Below the pieces are notes generated by a model. The model saw only the letters and a list, made by a program, of their open reading frames with translations, ran no database searches and was not told the origin of the DNA. Below are positions 28,498-36,648 of a DNA stretch of 43,890 bases, in pieces. A program made the translations under genes and the position numbers. This stretch comes from a virus. Taxonomy: Duplodnaviria; Caudoviricetes. The DNA lies in the IMG/VR virus record IMGVR_UViG_3300032219_000210, positions 1-43,890 of that record; one strand, written 5' to 3'. Every line of letters begins with the position of its first letter. Position 1 is the first letter of the stretch.

Positions 28498-29403
28498 TTA
28501 TGCCAGTTCCCGCTCTGCGGTAAGTAAGACAAAGACTTCGGTAGTGGCTCGGCAACCCACACCTTCGATCATCTGCTCAGGCTCTACTAACTTCAACATA
28601 CCTAACTTACCTCTCATATCAAGCGGGAGCGTATTATCATCGTAAAGTTGTACTTCGTCACCTGTTTTAACTACGTACTTTCCATTAGATAGTAAGACTA
28701 GGCTCGTACCCTTATCTGATTTGAACTTGCTCTCTATGTCAGTAACAGTAAGCATCTCAGCTTCCGCCTCTCGTAGCTTGGCTAGTTGGTGCGCCTGCCC
28801 ACTGATTACTGCATACTTCTTAAATTCGTCAGGGTGTTGTATAAACGCAAACGCTTTCATAAGCGGTACTAGACTATGCAAAACACTCTGATGGTCTCCA
28901 CGCTTGCGACTCGTTTGCCTACTGATAGTTCGGCTAGCTTCTGCATACGCTTCGTTCATACGCTCAGCTACACTCTTGTTGCTGAATGTTTTCTTGATAG
29001 CGGCTAGGGCTTTCTTAGCATCCTTAGTGCGATACGCGCCTACACGCTCACGCTCATTCCTGATCGTATTGCTAGTGATAGAGAATATGTGACCACCCGC
29101 ATCGTAGCGATAGTCTCGGTCGATCTTGCCAATCTCTTCCCCATCTTTGAATACTGCGAACTTAGAAACTGTGATCCGTGGGCGATTGTTTGCGGTCTCA
29201 CTTGTTTTTGTTTGCCCTTCGTTAAGGTTTCCATAATACTCATGTACTTTGAACTCCCATGATGGGTTCTCGGTGATGACCTTCCACATGATCTCATCTA
29301 GTGGCTTCTCCACCTTAAAGTCAAAGTCGGTTTTACGCCTACCATTCAATAGCTTGTCGCTAAAGGTGACGTTACTCAATGTCATTGCTGTGCTTGCATC
29401 CAT
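28498..29403 (-). CDS. Hypothetical protein (301 aa)
   Basis: RBS GAGGAG; long ORF in early operon. Confidence 0.75.
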   Translation of the reverse strand: MDASTAMTLSNVTFSDKLLNGRRKTDFDFKVEKPLDEIMWKVITENPSWEFKVHEYYGNLNEGQTKTSETANNRPRITVSKFAVFKDGEEIGKIDRDYRYDAGGHIFSITSNTIRNERERVGAYRTKDAKKALAAIKKTFSNKSVAERMNEAYAEASRTISRQTSRKRGDHQSVLHSLVPLMKAFAFIQHPDEFKKYAVISGQAHQLAKLREAEAEMLTVTDIESKFKSDKGTSLVLLSNGKYVVKTGDEVQLYDDNTLPLDMRGKLGMLKLVEPEQMIEGVGCRATTEVFVLLTAERELA

Positions 29404-29413
29404 GATCTACTCC

Positions 29414-30262
29414 TCACCATTCAAACTTCTTAATGATTGCATCTACCTTGGCTTTCACCTCGGTGCGGTGATGCTCGTCTTCCTTGATTGCATCTATGTT
29501 AGTACCTAACATTGTTAGCTCTAGTTCCTTGCGTGCTTCCTCCAACTTGGGGTCGTTGGTGATATTCATCTTAGTAAGCAATGAGCAAAGCTCTAGCGGG
29601 TTGCTCACCAATGTGTCGTGGTAACGCTTCTTACCACCCGATGTGTCGTCGAGTTTCTTAGACATGCCTACTAGCATTTCATGCAAGCGCTCCCATGGCT
29701 CACGCATAGCGTCAGCTAGCTTGTTGTCTTGTTGTGCATTGAACTCAGCTCGCATCTCCTCTAAGTCATTCGCAGGTATGTCTAAGCGAAAGTCACCCGC
29801 CTCCGGTACAGGCTTAACTGTTCTACGAAACCCAAACTTCAGCTTCACATCCTCAAGCTCGGGGTAGTCCTCGGCTCTGTACATCTTGCCTAGGTGCGTA
29901 GGTGCATCCTTCACTAGCTCAGGGTAAGCATGAAAAAATGAGCCACACATCGCATCGAACGTCTGCTCGTATGCGTTCATGGTCTGCTTGTATTCCATAA
30001 ACAAGGCAGTCGGCAACATACGCTCGCCCTTGTCTGCCCATGGTAGCGTTCGCTGATTGTGATAGAGCCTAACCTTGGCGGCAAAGTTCTCGATCTCCTT
30101 ACGCAAGTTAGTACCCGCGAATAGGTTCTTATGGACACGCGCCGCGTCTACTACTGCTGATGCGTCAGTATTCACTTGCGCTGTTGTGTCGCGGTCTAGC
30201 TTTGATGCAGGCCAAACGCTGATGTTCAATTCCACTAACACTGCTGATGCACTAATACTCAT
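29414..30262 (-). CDS. Helical protein, DUF3150-like, accompanying the AAA/vWA pair
   Basis: RBS AGGAG; 'TLPW', 'NITNDP.LE' pattern; family assignment from memory, tentative. Confidence 0.5.
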   Translation of the reverse strand: MSISASAVLVELNISVWPASKLDRDTTAQVNTDASAVVDAARVHKNLFAGTNLRKEIENFAAKVRLYHNQRTLPWADKGERMLPTALFMEYKQTMNAYEQTFDAMCGSFFHAYPELVKDAPTHLGKMYRAEDYPELEDVKLKFGFRRTVKPVPEAGDFRLDIPANDLEEMRAEFNAQQDNKLADAMREPWERLHEMLVGMSKKLDDTSGGKKRYHDTLVSNPLELCSLLTKMNITNDPKLEEARKELELTMLGTNIDAIKEDEHHRTEVKAKVDAIIKKFEW

Positions 30263-30263
30263 T

Positions 30264-30515
30264 TCAATTCTCCTGTGGTTTACCGGCTAATCTAGCCATT
30301 TGGTACTTGTTGTCACTTACAATTTGCATACTGAAGTTGGTTTCGTTTGCATACACATGGTAGGTATACGTCTCAGCCATACCCATCTGCTTGCGCTTGT
30401 CGTCACTCCACCATTTCTCTTCGTACACTTCTGCGCTTTCTAAGACTTCTACCAACTGCATAGCTTTATCTTTGGGCAGAATGTACTTCCTGTATCCAAT
30501 ATCAATTACTACCAT
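30264..30515 (-). CDS. Hypothetical protein
   Basis: AGGAG RBS before ATG 30515. Confidence 0.65.
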   Translation of the reverse strand: MVVIDIGYRKYILPKDKAMQLVEVLESAEVYEEKWWSDDKRKQMGMAETYTYHVYANETNFSMQIVSDNKYQMARLAGKPQEN

Positions 30516-30525
30516 CTTGTCTCTC

Positions 30526-31710
30526 CTAATCCATGATATGAATCGTTTTGCCATTGTCAGAAACAGCATCATTGCCTCCTGTGATTACCCACATAGTCGG
30601 TGCTGTCCACTCGCTACCCCAGTTCGGTACATAGCCATCGGTCAACACGATGATGCACTCGGGCTTGATGTTCTCTTCCTTGAGATGTATGGATACGCAA
30701 CTAGGGTCAGTGCCCCCGCCACCCTTGGGTTTGGTTGAGCTAACAATGTTAGATACTTCCGCACCCTCATACTTCTCATGCCCTGCGACTGCACCATCCC
30801 AATAGATAAGATCAACCATCTCGGGGTTGACTTCCTCAGCCACGCCTTTCACCTCGGCTAAGAATTCGTCAAGCTCACGCCCACCGATGGAGCCCGATGT
30901 ATCTATGGCTACTACGATGTGTCCAACCTTCTCACCGATCATGCTCGGCATATACATACCGGTAGATAAGTATCTGCGGTTGACTCTGCGCCATGACGAT
31001 GTGTCCTTGTTTGCGCATGTAGCTTTCACATACTCGCGTAGTTCCTCACGCCAGTTGATCTTGGGTTGCAAGTGTTCATCAATCTCACGCCCGATACCAC
31101 CCGCACCTTTGCCATGTGCTTTCTCATGCGCCATGACACCCTGACGAATAGCTTGGTCGATCTCACGCTCAAGGGTTTTCTTCTCCTCCTCGGTCATCTC
31201 CTTCGCACCATCCCAATCGTGTTCATCAATACCATCACCACCGCCCCCGCCTTCCTCATCTTTGAGTAAGTCGAATATCTGCTTAGAGTTCATGCCCTTG
31301 TACTGTGGGTCATACAGTCCCATGCGCTCACCCTTCTTCGCACCATCCTTAAATCTAGGCATGGCAATCACATCCTCGTTGGGGTCGAGTTCATGGAGCA
31401 TGTAGTTAATAACGTAGTCACAAGCACTGTTGGCACGGCTTGAATCCTCGTCATGTAACTTACGCCATGTGGTTAGATGCCGATACATTTTGTGTGACAC
31501 CTCATGCGCCACGACAAATGCCAACTCTTTGTCTGACAAAACAGATACGAACTTACGCCCATACTTCTCGTCTCGTCCGTTGGTACACGCAGTCGGTACG
31601 TCATCCGCTACGCTAGTACGACCAACCATCATTACGCCTTGGAGTAAAGCGAACTTAGGATTACGCATGAGCGTGATCTTAGCCTTCTGTAATTTACGTT
31701 CTTCTAACAT
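30526..31710 (-). CDS. Metallopeptidase-like + vWA domain protein (DUF2201 type)
   Basis: 'TACTNG', HExxH 'HEVSH', MIDAS 'DTSGS', 'GGGTD', 'LTDG'. Confidence 0.85.
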   Translation of the reverse strand: MLEERKLQKAKITLMRNPKFALLQGVMMVGRTSVADDVPTACTNGRDEKYGRKFVSVLSDKELAFVVAHEVSHKMYRHLTTWRKLHDEDSSRANSACDYVINYMLHELDPNEDVIAMPRFKDGAKKGERMGLYDPQYKGMNSKQIFDLLKDEEGGGGGDGIDEHDWDGAKEMTEEEKKTLEREIDQAIRQGVMAHEKAHGKGAGGIGREIDEHLQPKINWREELREYVKATCANKDTSSWRRVNRRYLSTGMYMPSMIGEKVGHIVVAIDTSGSIGGRELDEFLAEVKGVAEEVNPEMVDLIYWDGAVAGHEKYEGAEVSNIVSSTKPKGGGGTDPSCVSIHLKEENIKPECIIVLTDGYVPNWGSEWTAPTMWVITGGNDAVSDNGKTIHIMD

Positions 31711-31912
31711 TGTTATCCTCTTCGTTTAATATGTTTACTAACTTCTGACACACATCTCGGTCTTGATGTTCGAACAAAGTCTTGCAATCTTTCGAGTCGT
31801 ATACACAGTACCCTCGTACATACAAAGTACCATTCTCAAGGTCGGTCACCCATCGTGCGATGTACCTACCTCTACGCAATAGGTCTTCGGGGTGCAGTCC
31901 ATTGAACGCCAT
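31694..31912 (-). CDS. Hypothetical protein
   Basis: 72-aa ORF coupled to both neighbours. Confidence 0.6.
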   Translation of the reverse strand: MAFNGLHPEDLLRRGRYIARWVTDLENGTLYVRGYCVYDSKDCKTLFEHQDRDVCQKLVNILNEEDNNVRRT

Positions 31913-32988
31913 TACAGTAAGTCATGGTTCTTAGCCACCCAATCAGCGAACGCCTTGCAACTGAACGCAATGCTCTGTTTGCTTGGTGTCTTGGCTATGT
32001 TGATAGCGAACACTGCTTGCCACTCGGCATCGAACCTCTCCAAGTACTCCATGAATGGGGCAATGGTTGTCTTGTCTACCCGAGCGATAGCACCGAATAC
32101 CACAATGGCACATGCACCGGCTGACGTAGGTATTGCCGTTGTCTTAGGATGTGTGATCGTTGACTCCCATGTCGGCAACTGATCTGAGAACTCAATGTAT
32201 GCTTGCATATCCCGAGCGGCTGACTCACCCACCGCACCGGACAAAGCCGCAATCACAGTCTCAGGGTCGTTATCTTTGCGTGACCTAACAATGTTAGATG
32301 CAGTTTCTAGAGAACGTGGAGACACGAACGCCTTCTGAGAGTTCTTAGGGTTAAAGATGTAGGGGTTGTCGCCTTGCCCTGCGTCTGTGTAGCTCGCCAT
32401 TGCATGAGGGAATCGGTTGACCCACGCAATCACCTCGGGCTCGATACCCTTACCAATAGCCCACTCAATCCACTGCTCGGCATCGGGTTTGCTGATCGTT
32501 ACGGGAACCAGTCGGTTACGGCTATGCGCTTTTAGGTTGTCGCCCACGCCATCGGTCGATAGGTTGCCAGTAAGAAAGACAATGGTCTGTCTGTCTCCAT
32601 CGGTCGGTAGTGGAATGTCGCCTAGTCTAGGGTTAGCCTTCTCTAGCATAGGGTGAAGCATGTTCTTCACGGGGTCTGCGCCCTTTGAAAATTCGTCAAG
32701 CATGATGACAAGGGGTTTGCCTTCATGAATCTTGAACCTAGCGTTAGGGTAGTAGCGGGTAGTCTTGGAGTCATGGTCGATGACCGGCATGGCAATATCG
32801 CCCAAGTCCATGTTGGGTACGTCAATGTATGCGTACTCATAACCCAAGCCGTTAGCAATACTCTCCAATAGGGAAGACTTGCCGATACCCGGCTCACCTT
32901 GTAGGAGAAAGCGAGTAGTAGGATTGGTGCGAATCAGGTTCGCGGCTTGTTTCAGGGTAATTGATTTACCGAATTTGATCTCTGACAT
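31912..32988 (-). CDS. MoxR/dynein-related AAA+ ATPase
   Basis: Walker A 'GEPGIGKS', Walker B 'IMLDE', sensor 'TGN', 'RNR', 'SPRS'; RBS AAGGA. Confidence 0.85.
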   Translation of the reverse strand: MSEIKFGKSITLKQAANLIRTNPTTRFLLQGEPGIGKSSLLESIANGLGYEYAYIDVPNMDLGDIAMPVIDHDSKTTRYYPNARFKIHEGKPLVIMLDEFSKGADPVKNMLHPMLEKANPRLGDIPLPTDGDRQTIVFLTGNLSTDGVGDNLKAHSRNRLVPVTISKPDAEQWIEWAIGKGIEPEVIAWVNRFPHAMASYTDAGQGDNPYIFNPKNSQKAFVSPRSLETASNIVRSRKDNDPETVIAALSGAVGESAARDMQAYIEFSDQLPTWESTITHPKTTAIPTSAGACAIVVFGAIARVDKTTIAPFMEYLERFDAEWQAVFAINIAKTPSKQSIAFSCKAFADWVAKNHDLL

Positions 32989-33080
32989 TTCTAATCCTTC
33001 TGATTTAAGTTACTGATTTTCTAATATACCTAACAATGTTAGGTCGGCTAATCTGACGTAGTTCTCCCACATCAGCTTAT

Positions 33081-33109
33081 ATTATACCACAATGTTATGG
33101 TAAAGTCAA
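33081..33109 (-). promoter_or_regulatory. Strong early sigma70 promoter TTGACT-17-TATAAT (extended TG)
   Basis: Hexamers at 33109-33104 and 33086-33081. Confidence 0.85.
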
Positions 33110-33130
33110 GTCCTTTCGTCATGGGTCTGA

Positions 33131-34291
33131 CTAAAGAATTACTAATCTTTCGTTGGCTTTCTGTGCCCGATCAATCTCTTCTTGCGATGGCATCTTCGTT
33201 ACGTATGCTTCGTACTTGTCGTTGGGCAACTGATTCGGTTTGAGTGGTCGCTTCTCGATCATCTCCTCGCTGTGCCATTGCATCATTACCTTGTCCAGCA
33301 TCCGCTCAACTGCGCCTACTGGAATATCCACAAGCATGTCCTCTCCCACCAGTGGGTTGCGGTGCGTGTACGGCATGGACAGGGCTAACAATGTTAGGGT
33401 CATGCGGTAATAGTTGTCGACCTTGCCCTCCTCGGGTTGGTCATCGCGTATCGCTGCAAAGAAACTACTGCACTGTCTAGTGTATGCAGACCACATTGTC
33501 TCGGAGTTCTCTAATCTGTCAGGCGAGTTAGCCACAAACGACAAGCATCTGAACCCCTGCGGCTTGAACTCCATGAGCTTCACAGATTCGAGTGCGGGTT
33601 GCCACACTTGCTCGGTTCTGCCTTGACTCCTCCCGCCTTGCCACACCCCCCGCTCTTTGTACTCGTAACCAATGCTGTCGGCAATCTCCATCATGGACAT
33701 CTGAATGATGTTGTTATCCACGTTCTTGCGCAGTGACAGAAAGCCGCCAAAGTACTTCATGAAGCCGGAGTATTGAGACCTAACAATGTTAGATGCCTTG
33801 CGGTTAACGTAGTGTGAGTAAACAACTTCTTTCTCATGCACGCTCAGGCACTCGCCTTCACAACTTAATGTGAGCGAGCCGTTCTGTTTAAGCACATGGC
33901 GTTCACCATCAATGATGATGCCCACCTTCTTGCGGTCTAGCCAAGCGGGTATATCTAGCACCCGCCCAATCATCCCTGACTCCATCAGTCCCATGTACTT
34001 AGGCGTGATGATGATCTTGTTGTCGGGCGTGTAGGTCAGCAGGGGCGAGCGGTAACTAAGCAACTCGATGTTCCCATTCTCACCTTCTCGGATTGAATAG
34101 ATGTCAATGTCCTCGCGTCTGCCGAGCGGTATGCAAGGGGTTGGGTTGTCGCGGTCGTACTTGTCGCGTGTCTCGGGTTTGCGCCCACGAATGGGTTTGG
34201 TTTTCTTCAGGCGTGCCATTGCATCTGCGTGGCTACGGACAATCGGCAAATAGTAGGTTGAGGCATGAAGCCCCGTCTGTCTTTCTTTCAT
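33131..34291 (-). CDS. Hypothetical early protein (386 aa)
   Basis: RBS GGAG; long ORF. Confidence 0.75.
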   Translation of the reverse strand: MKERQTGLHASTYYLPIVRSHADAMARLKKTKPIRGRKPETRDKYDRDNPTPCIPLGRREDIDIYSIREGENGNIELLSYRSPLLTYTPDNKIIITPKYMGLMESGMIGRVLDIPAWLDRKKVGIIIDGERHVLKQNGSLTLSCEGECLSVHEKEVVYSHYVNRKASNIVRSQYSGFMKYFGGFLSLRKNVDNNIIQMSMMEIADSIGYEYKERGVWQGGRSQGRTEQVWQPALESVKLMEFKPQGFRCLSFVANSPDRLENSETMWSAYTRQCSSFFAAIRDDQPEEGKVDNYYRMTLTLLALSMPYTHRNPLVGEDMLVDIPVGAVERMLDKVMMQWHSEEMIEKRPLKPNQLPNDKYEAYVTKMPSQEEIDRAQKANERLVIL

Positions 34292-34294
34292 GAT

Positions 34295-34471
34295 TTACTC
34301 CATTAGTTCTGATTGCGCACGCAGGCGCAGGGCTTTTACGTTCTTGAGCGTGGGGTACTTCAGGCAGAAGCGCTCCCTTGCTGTGCTTATATCTTTAGCC
34401 TCGGCAATCTCGGTCACCCAATAGCCAAAGCGGTTACTCCATCCTGTCATTACGTATTTAGATAACATCAT
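34295..34471 (-). CDS. Hypothetical protein
   Basis: GGAG before ATG 34471; ATGA overlap with upstream peptide gene. Confidence 0.6.
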   Translation of the reverse strand: MMLSKYVMTGWSNRFGYWVTEIAEAKDISTARERFCLKYPTLKNVKALRLRAQSELME

Positions 34472-34557
34472 GGTCTCCAATAAAGTAGGTCAAACAGCAC
34501 CACAATTAAACCGAGCAGGAACACGACCCGCTCTAGCTTCTCCCATTTAGATAACAT
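34468..34557 (-). CDS. 29-aa single-transmembrane peptide (not in ORF track)
   Basis: MLSKWEKLERVVFLLGLIVVLFDLLYWRP; GGAGG upstream; fills the gap between neighbours. Confidence 0.6.
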   Translation of the reverse strand: MLSKWEKLERVVFLLGLIVVLFDLLYWRP

Positions 34558-34735
34558 TGTTAGCCTCCGCTAGAGTAATCAGTTTGTCGTACTGTTTCCA
34601 TGCCGCGCACACAGGGCACAGGGGTTCGTAGTCAGGGCAACGCTCGCCCCAATAAAACTCAACTGCCTCGGCAAGTGCATTGTTTAGGTGATCTTTGTAC
34701 TCGGTGACCTCTAGGTCGTGTAAGTGTTTACCCAT
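34547..34735 (-). CDS. Hypothetical Cys-containing protein
   Basis: 62 aa; 'RCPDY...CPVC'; GAGGGG RBS. Confidence 0.6.
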   Translation of the reverse strand: MGKHLHDLEVTEYKDHLNNALAEAVEFYWGERCPDYEPLCPVCAAWKQYDKLITLAEANNVI

Positions 34736-34736
34736 A

Positions 34737-34961
34737 TCAGCCCCTCAGTTCTTTTTGGTTGGTTTGCTTGAGTGTTACCCGTGCGCTCGCAGGTGTAACG
34801 AGTTGGTAGTTACCCTTGCCGTATTCCTGCACTACGCACCAACTCATGCGTTCCATGCGTGCGGCTTCTTCACCGCAGAATAGGCAGACTCGGTAGCCTA
34901 GTGACCACCGCTCGCTGTGTATATCGTCACCGCAGTTGCGGCACTCTCTCCAATCTGACAT
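34737..34961 (-). CDS. DksA/TraR-like C4 zinc-finger protein
   Basis: 'CRNCGDDIHSER...CLFC'; GAGG RBS before ATG 34961. Confidence 0.55.
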   Translation of the reverse strand: MSDWRECRNCGDDIHSERWSLGYRVCLFCGEEAARMERMSWCVVQEYGKGNYQLVTPASARVTLKQTNQKELRG

Positions 34962-35048
34962 ATCTAACCTCTCTAATTGAACTCTAATGAAAAGCACCTA
35001 ACAATGTTATGTGCCGGTGTGTAGATGGTTTTATCCCATCTAACTTAT

Positions 35049-35077
35049 ATTATACCACAAAGTTATGTCAAAGTCAA
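35049..35077 (-). promoter_or_regulatory. Strong early sigma70 promoter TTGACT-17-TATAAT (extended TG)
   Basis: Hexamers at 35077-35072 and 35054-35049. Confidence 0.85.
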
Positions 35078-35099
35078 GTTCTTTAGTCTTGGGCAAGAC

Positions 35100-35558
35100 G
35101 AAAGGTAATGTTATAAAGTTACGTTATATTTTAAGTGGGGTCAGCAGTAGGGTTATTAGGAAAGTGGGTGTTGCTTAAAAAATAGGCAGTGTTATGGAAT
35201 TAAGCTGTGGTGCGTTATATTATTTGGGAAATGTAACGAAAAAAAGGCAAAACGTAACGTGAAACGTAACGCAAGGTTCTCCTCTGTGGAGGGGTGTTTT
35301 TTAGGGTAATGTTATAATGTTATGTGTTTTTTAAGAATGAATGAATGGTCTCCAAAATTATTTGCGTGGTATGATTTGCGCTTCTGAGACACTTCACTGC
35401 TTCAAAACTTTCGGGAGGTCGACACCCATTCGGCTCAAAACGCGTAACATTGTAACTTTCTAGGTTTCATGCGGGTTCCCAGCGTTTTGTAACGTAACAT
35501 TACCCTTTTTTCCGTAACATTAGACGTAACATTGCCCAAAACAACATAACATTGTTAG
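35100..35558. repeat. Non-coding AT-rich region dense in RTAAC/GTTAY words (origin- or nucleation-like)
   Basis: About 20 copies, including GGTAATGTTA in both orientations. Confidence 0.6.
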
Positions 35559-35559
35559 G

Positions 35560-35671
35560 CTCACTGGCTATCACCGCTTTGAGAACTGGTATAGAAAGGG
35601 CTACTCTGAAATGCCTAACTTTGCAGATCGACCTCATTGGCTATCACCGCCCCGAGAACTGGTATAGAAAG
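35560..35671. repeat. Two 39-bp direct repeats (35560-35598, 35633-35671) separated by 34 bp
   Basis: CTCAYTGGCTATCACCGCYYYGAGAACTGGTATAGAAAG, 35/39 identical. Confidence 0.9.
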
Positions 35672-35714
35672 ACCTCGATCAAAAAGACCTAACAATGTTA
35701 GGTCAAGCAGACGC

Positions 35715-35738
35715 AAAAAAGCCCGCTCAAGGCGGGCT
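35715..35738 (-). terminator. Intrinsic terminator
   Basis: AGCCCGC-5 nt-GCGGGCT stem plus U tract on minus strand; preceded by an 8-bp GAAA-tetraloop hairpin (35747-35766). Confidence 0.85.
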
Positions 35739-35771
35739 CAGGATGGGGTAAGGGTTTCCCCTTACCTTGGT

Positions 35772-36275
35772 TTAGTCTTGAATTGTAGTTAAGTCGATAC
35801 CCATTGCGGTGAGTGCTGATGCAATATGCGTTTGGCAATCACGTTCTTTGTCGCTGAGTGAATCAGCGTTCTTTGTGGCTTTGTAGAGTGTCGTCAATTC
35901 CTCGACCAAACGTAATGTCAGCGAGCGGTTTTGTCGAGCACCTACGCTAGAATCGGTTGAGCCCTCGGTTTTCTCTGGCGTGCCCTCGATGTGCTCTTGT
36001 GCATACTTACGAACGCGTGCCCATACTGTCGAAGGGTTTGTGTGTTCTGCTTCGTTCAAAGCTTTGAACAATGCTTTTTTCTCGGCATGTACTTGCTTCG
36101 CATCCTCACCCTTGTCATTGTGTTCGACAAGATACCATTCAACCGGTAACACATCACACAATTTGTGGGCATAATCGCGCTCTGCTCCGTATGCACGTTT
36201 GACGGCATCTGCAACACCCTGACGCAAAGCTTCGAGGGTAACTGTGGACACTTGAGTAACTGTAACATTTGACAT
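35772..36275 (-). CDS. First early gene, hypothetical protein (167 aa), monocistronic
   Basis: Own promoter (36352-36380), AAGG RBS and terminator. Confidence 0.75.
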   Translation of the reverse strand: MSNVTVTQVSTVTLEALRQGVADAVKRAYGAERDYAHKLCDVLPVEWYLVEHNDKGEDAKQVHAEKKALFKALNEAEHTNPSTVWARVRKYAQEHIEGTPEKTEGSTDSSVGARQNRSLTLRLVEELTTLYKATKNADSLSDKERDCQTHIASALTAMGIDLTTIQD

Positions 36276-36351
36276 GATCTTCTAACCTTCTAATGAAACC
36301 TAGTAAACAGACTAGGCAACTGAGGCAAACTGATTTTGTTTGCTTGAATAT

Positions 36352-36380
36352 ATTATACCACAAAAAAAGGGCAAACTCAA
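36352..36380 (-). promoter_or_regulatory. Early sigma70 promoter TTGAGT-17-TATAAT (extended TG)
   Basis: Hexamers at 36380-36375 and 36357-36352. Confidence 0.75.
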
Positions 36381-36613
36381 GATTCGCGTGAACAATAAAT
36401 ATGGAATTTATATAACATTGTTAGATCATTTAAAAAAGTTAAAAGGTGAAAGGGTACGGGAGGGGAGGGGAACAAAGAGCCAAAGAGGAATCCTAGAAAT
36501 ACCTTACACACTGAGTTGCTCACTCGATACTCATTTTTAAAAATTGAATACTTAACCCCACTCCTGCGTATACAGAACACCCCCCGGGTCTAAGTAAAAA
36601 CCCTAATCACAAA

Positions 36614-36648
36614 AAATTTTTGCAAAAATTTAAAAACGATGTTACATT
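36614..36648 (+). promoter_or_regulatory. Candidate late-operon promoter TTGCAA-17-TACATT overlapped by an 18-bp perfect palindrome
   Basis: AAATTTTTGCAAAAATTT at 36614-36631; -10 at 36643-36648 with TG extension. Confidence 0.5.

Larger units (their letters stand above)
26941..36424. repeat. Dispersed 13-bp palindrome CTAACAWTGTTAG, 14 copies
   Basis: Exact at 26941, 28477, 29506, 30740, 32285, 33030, 33385, 33780, 35689; one mismatch at 31704, 34551, 34998, 35546, 36412. Confidence 0.92.

Noticed and set aside
35569-35650. TATCACCGC matches the lambda cI/Cro operator half-site
   Set aside because: The second half-site is not at the 17-bp operator spacing and no lambda-like immunity region is present; likely coincidence
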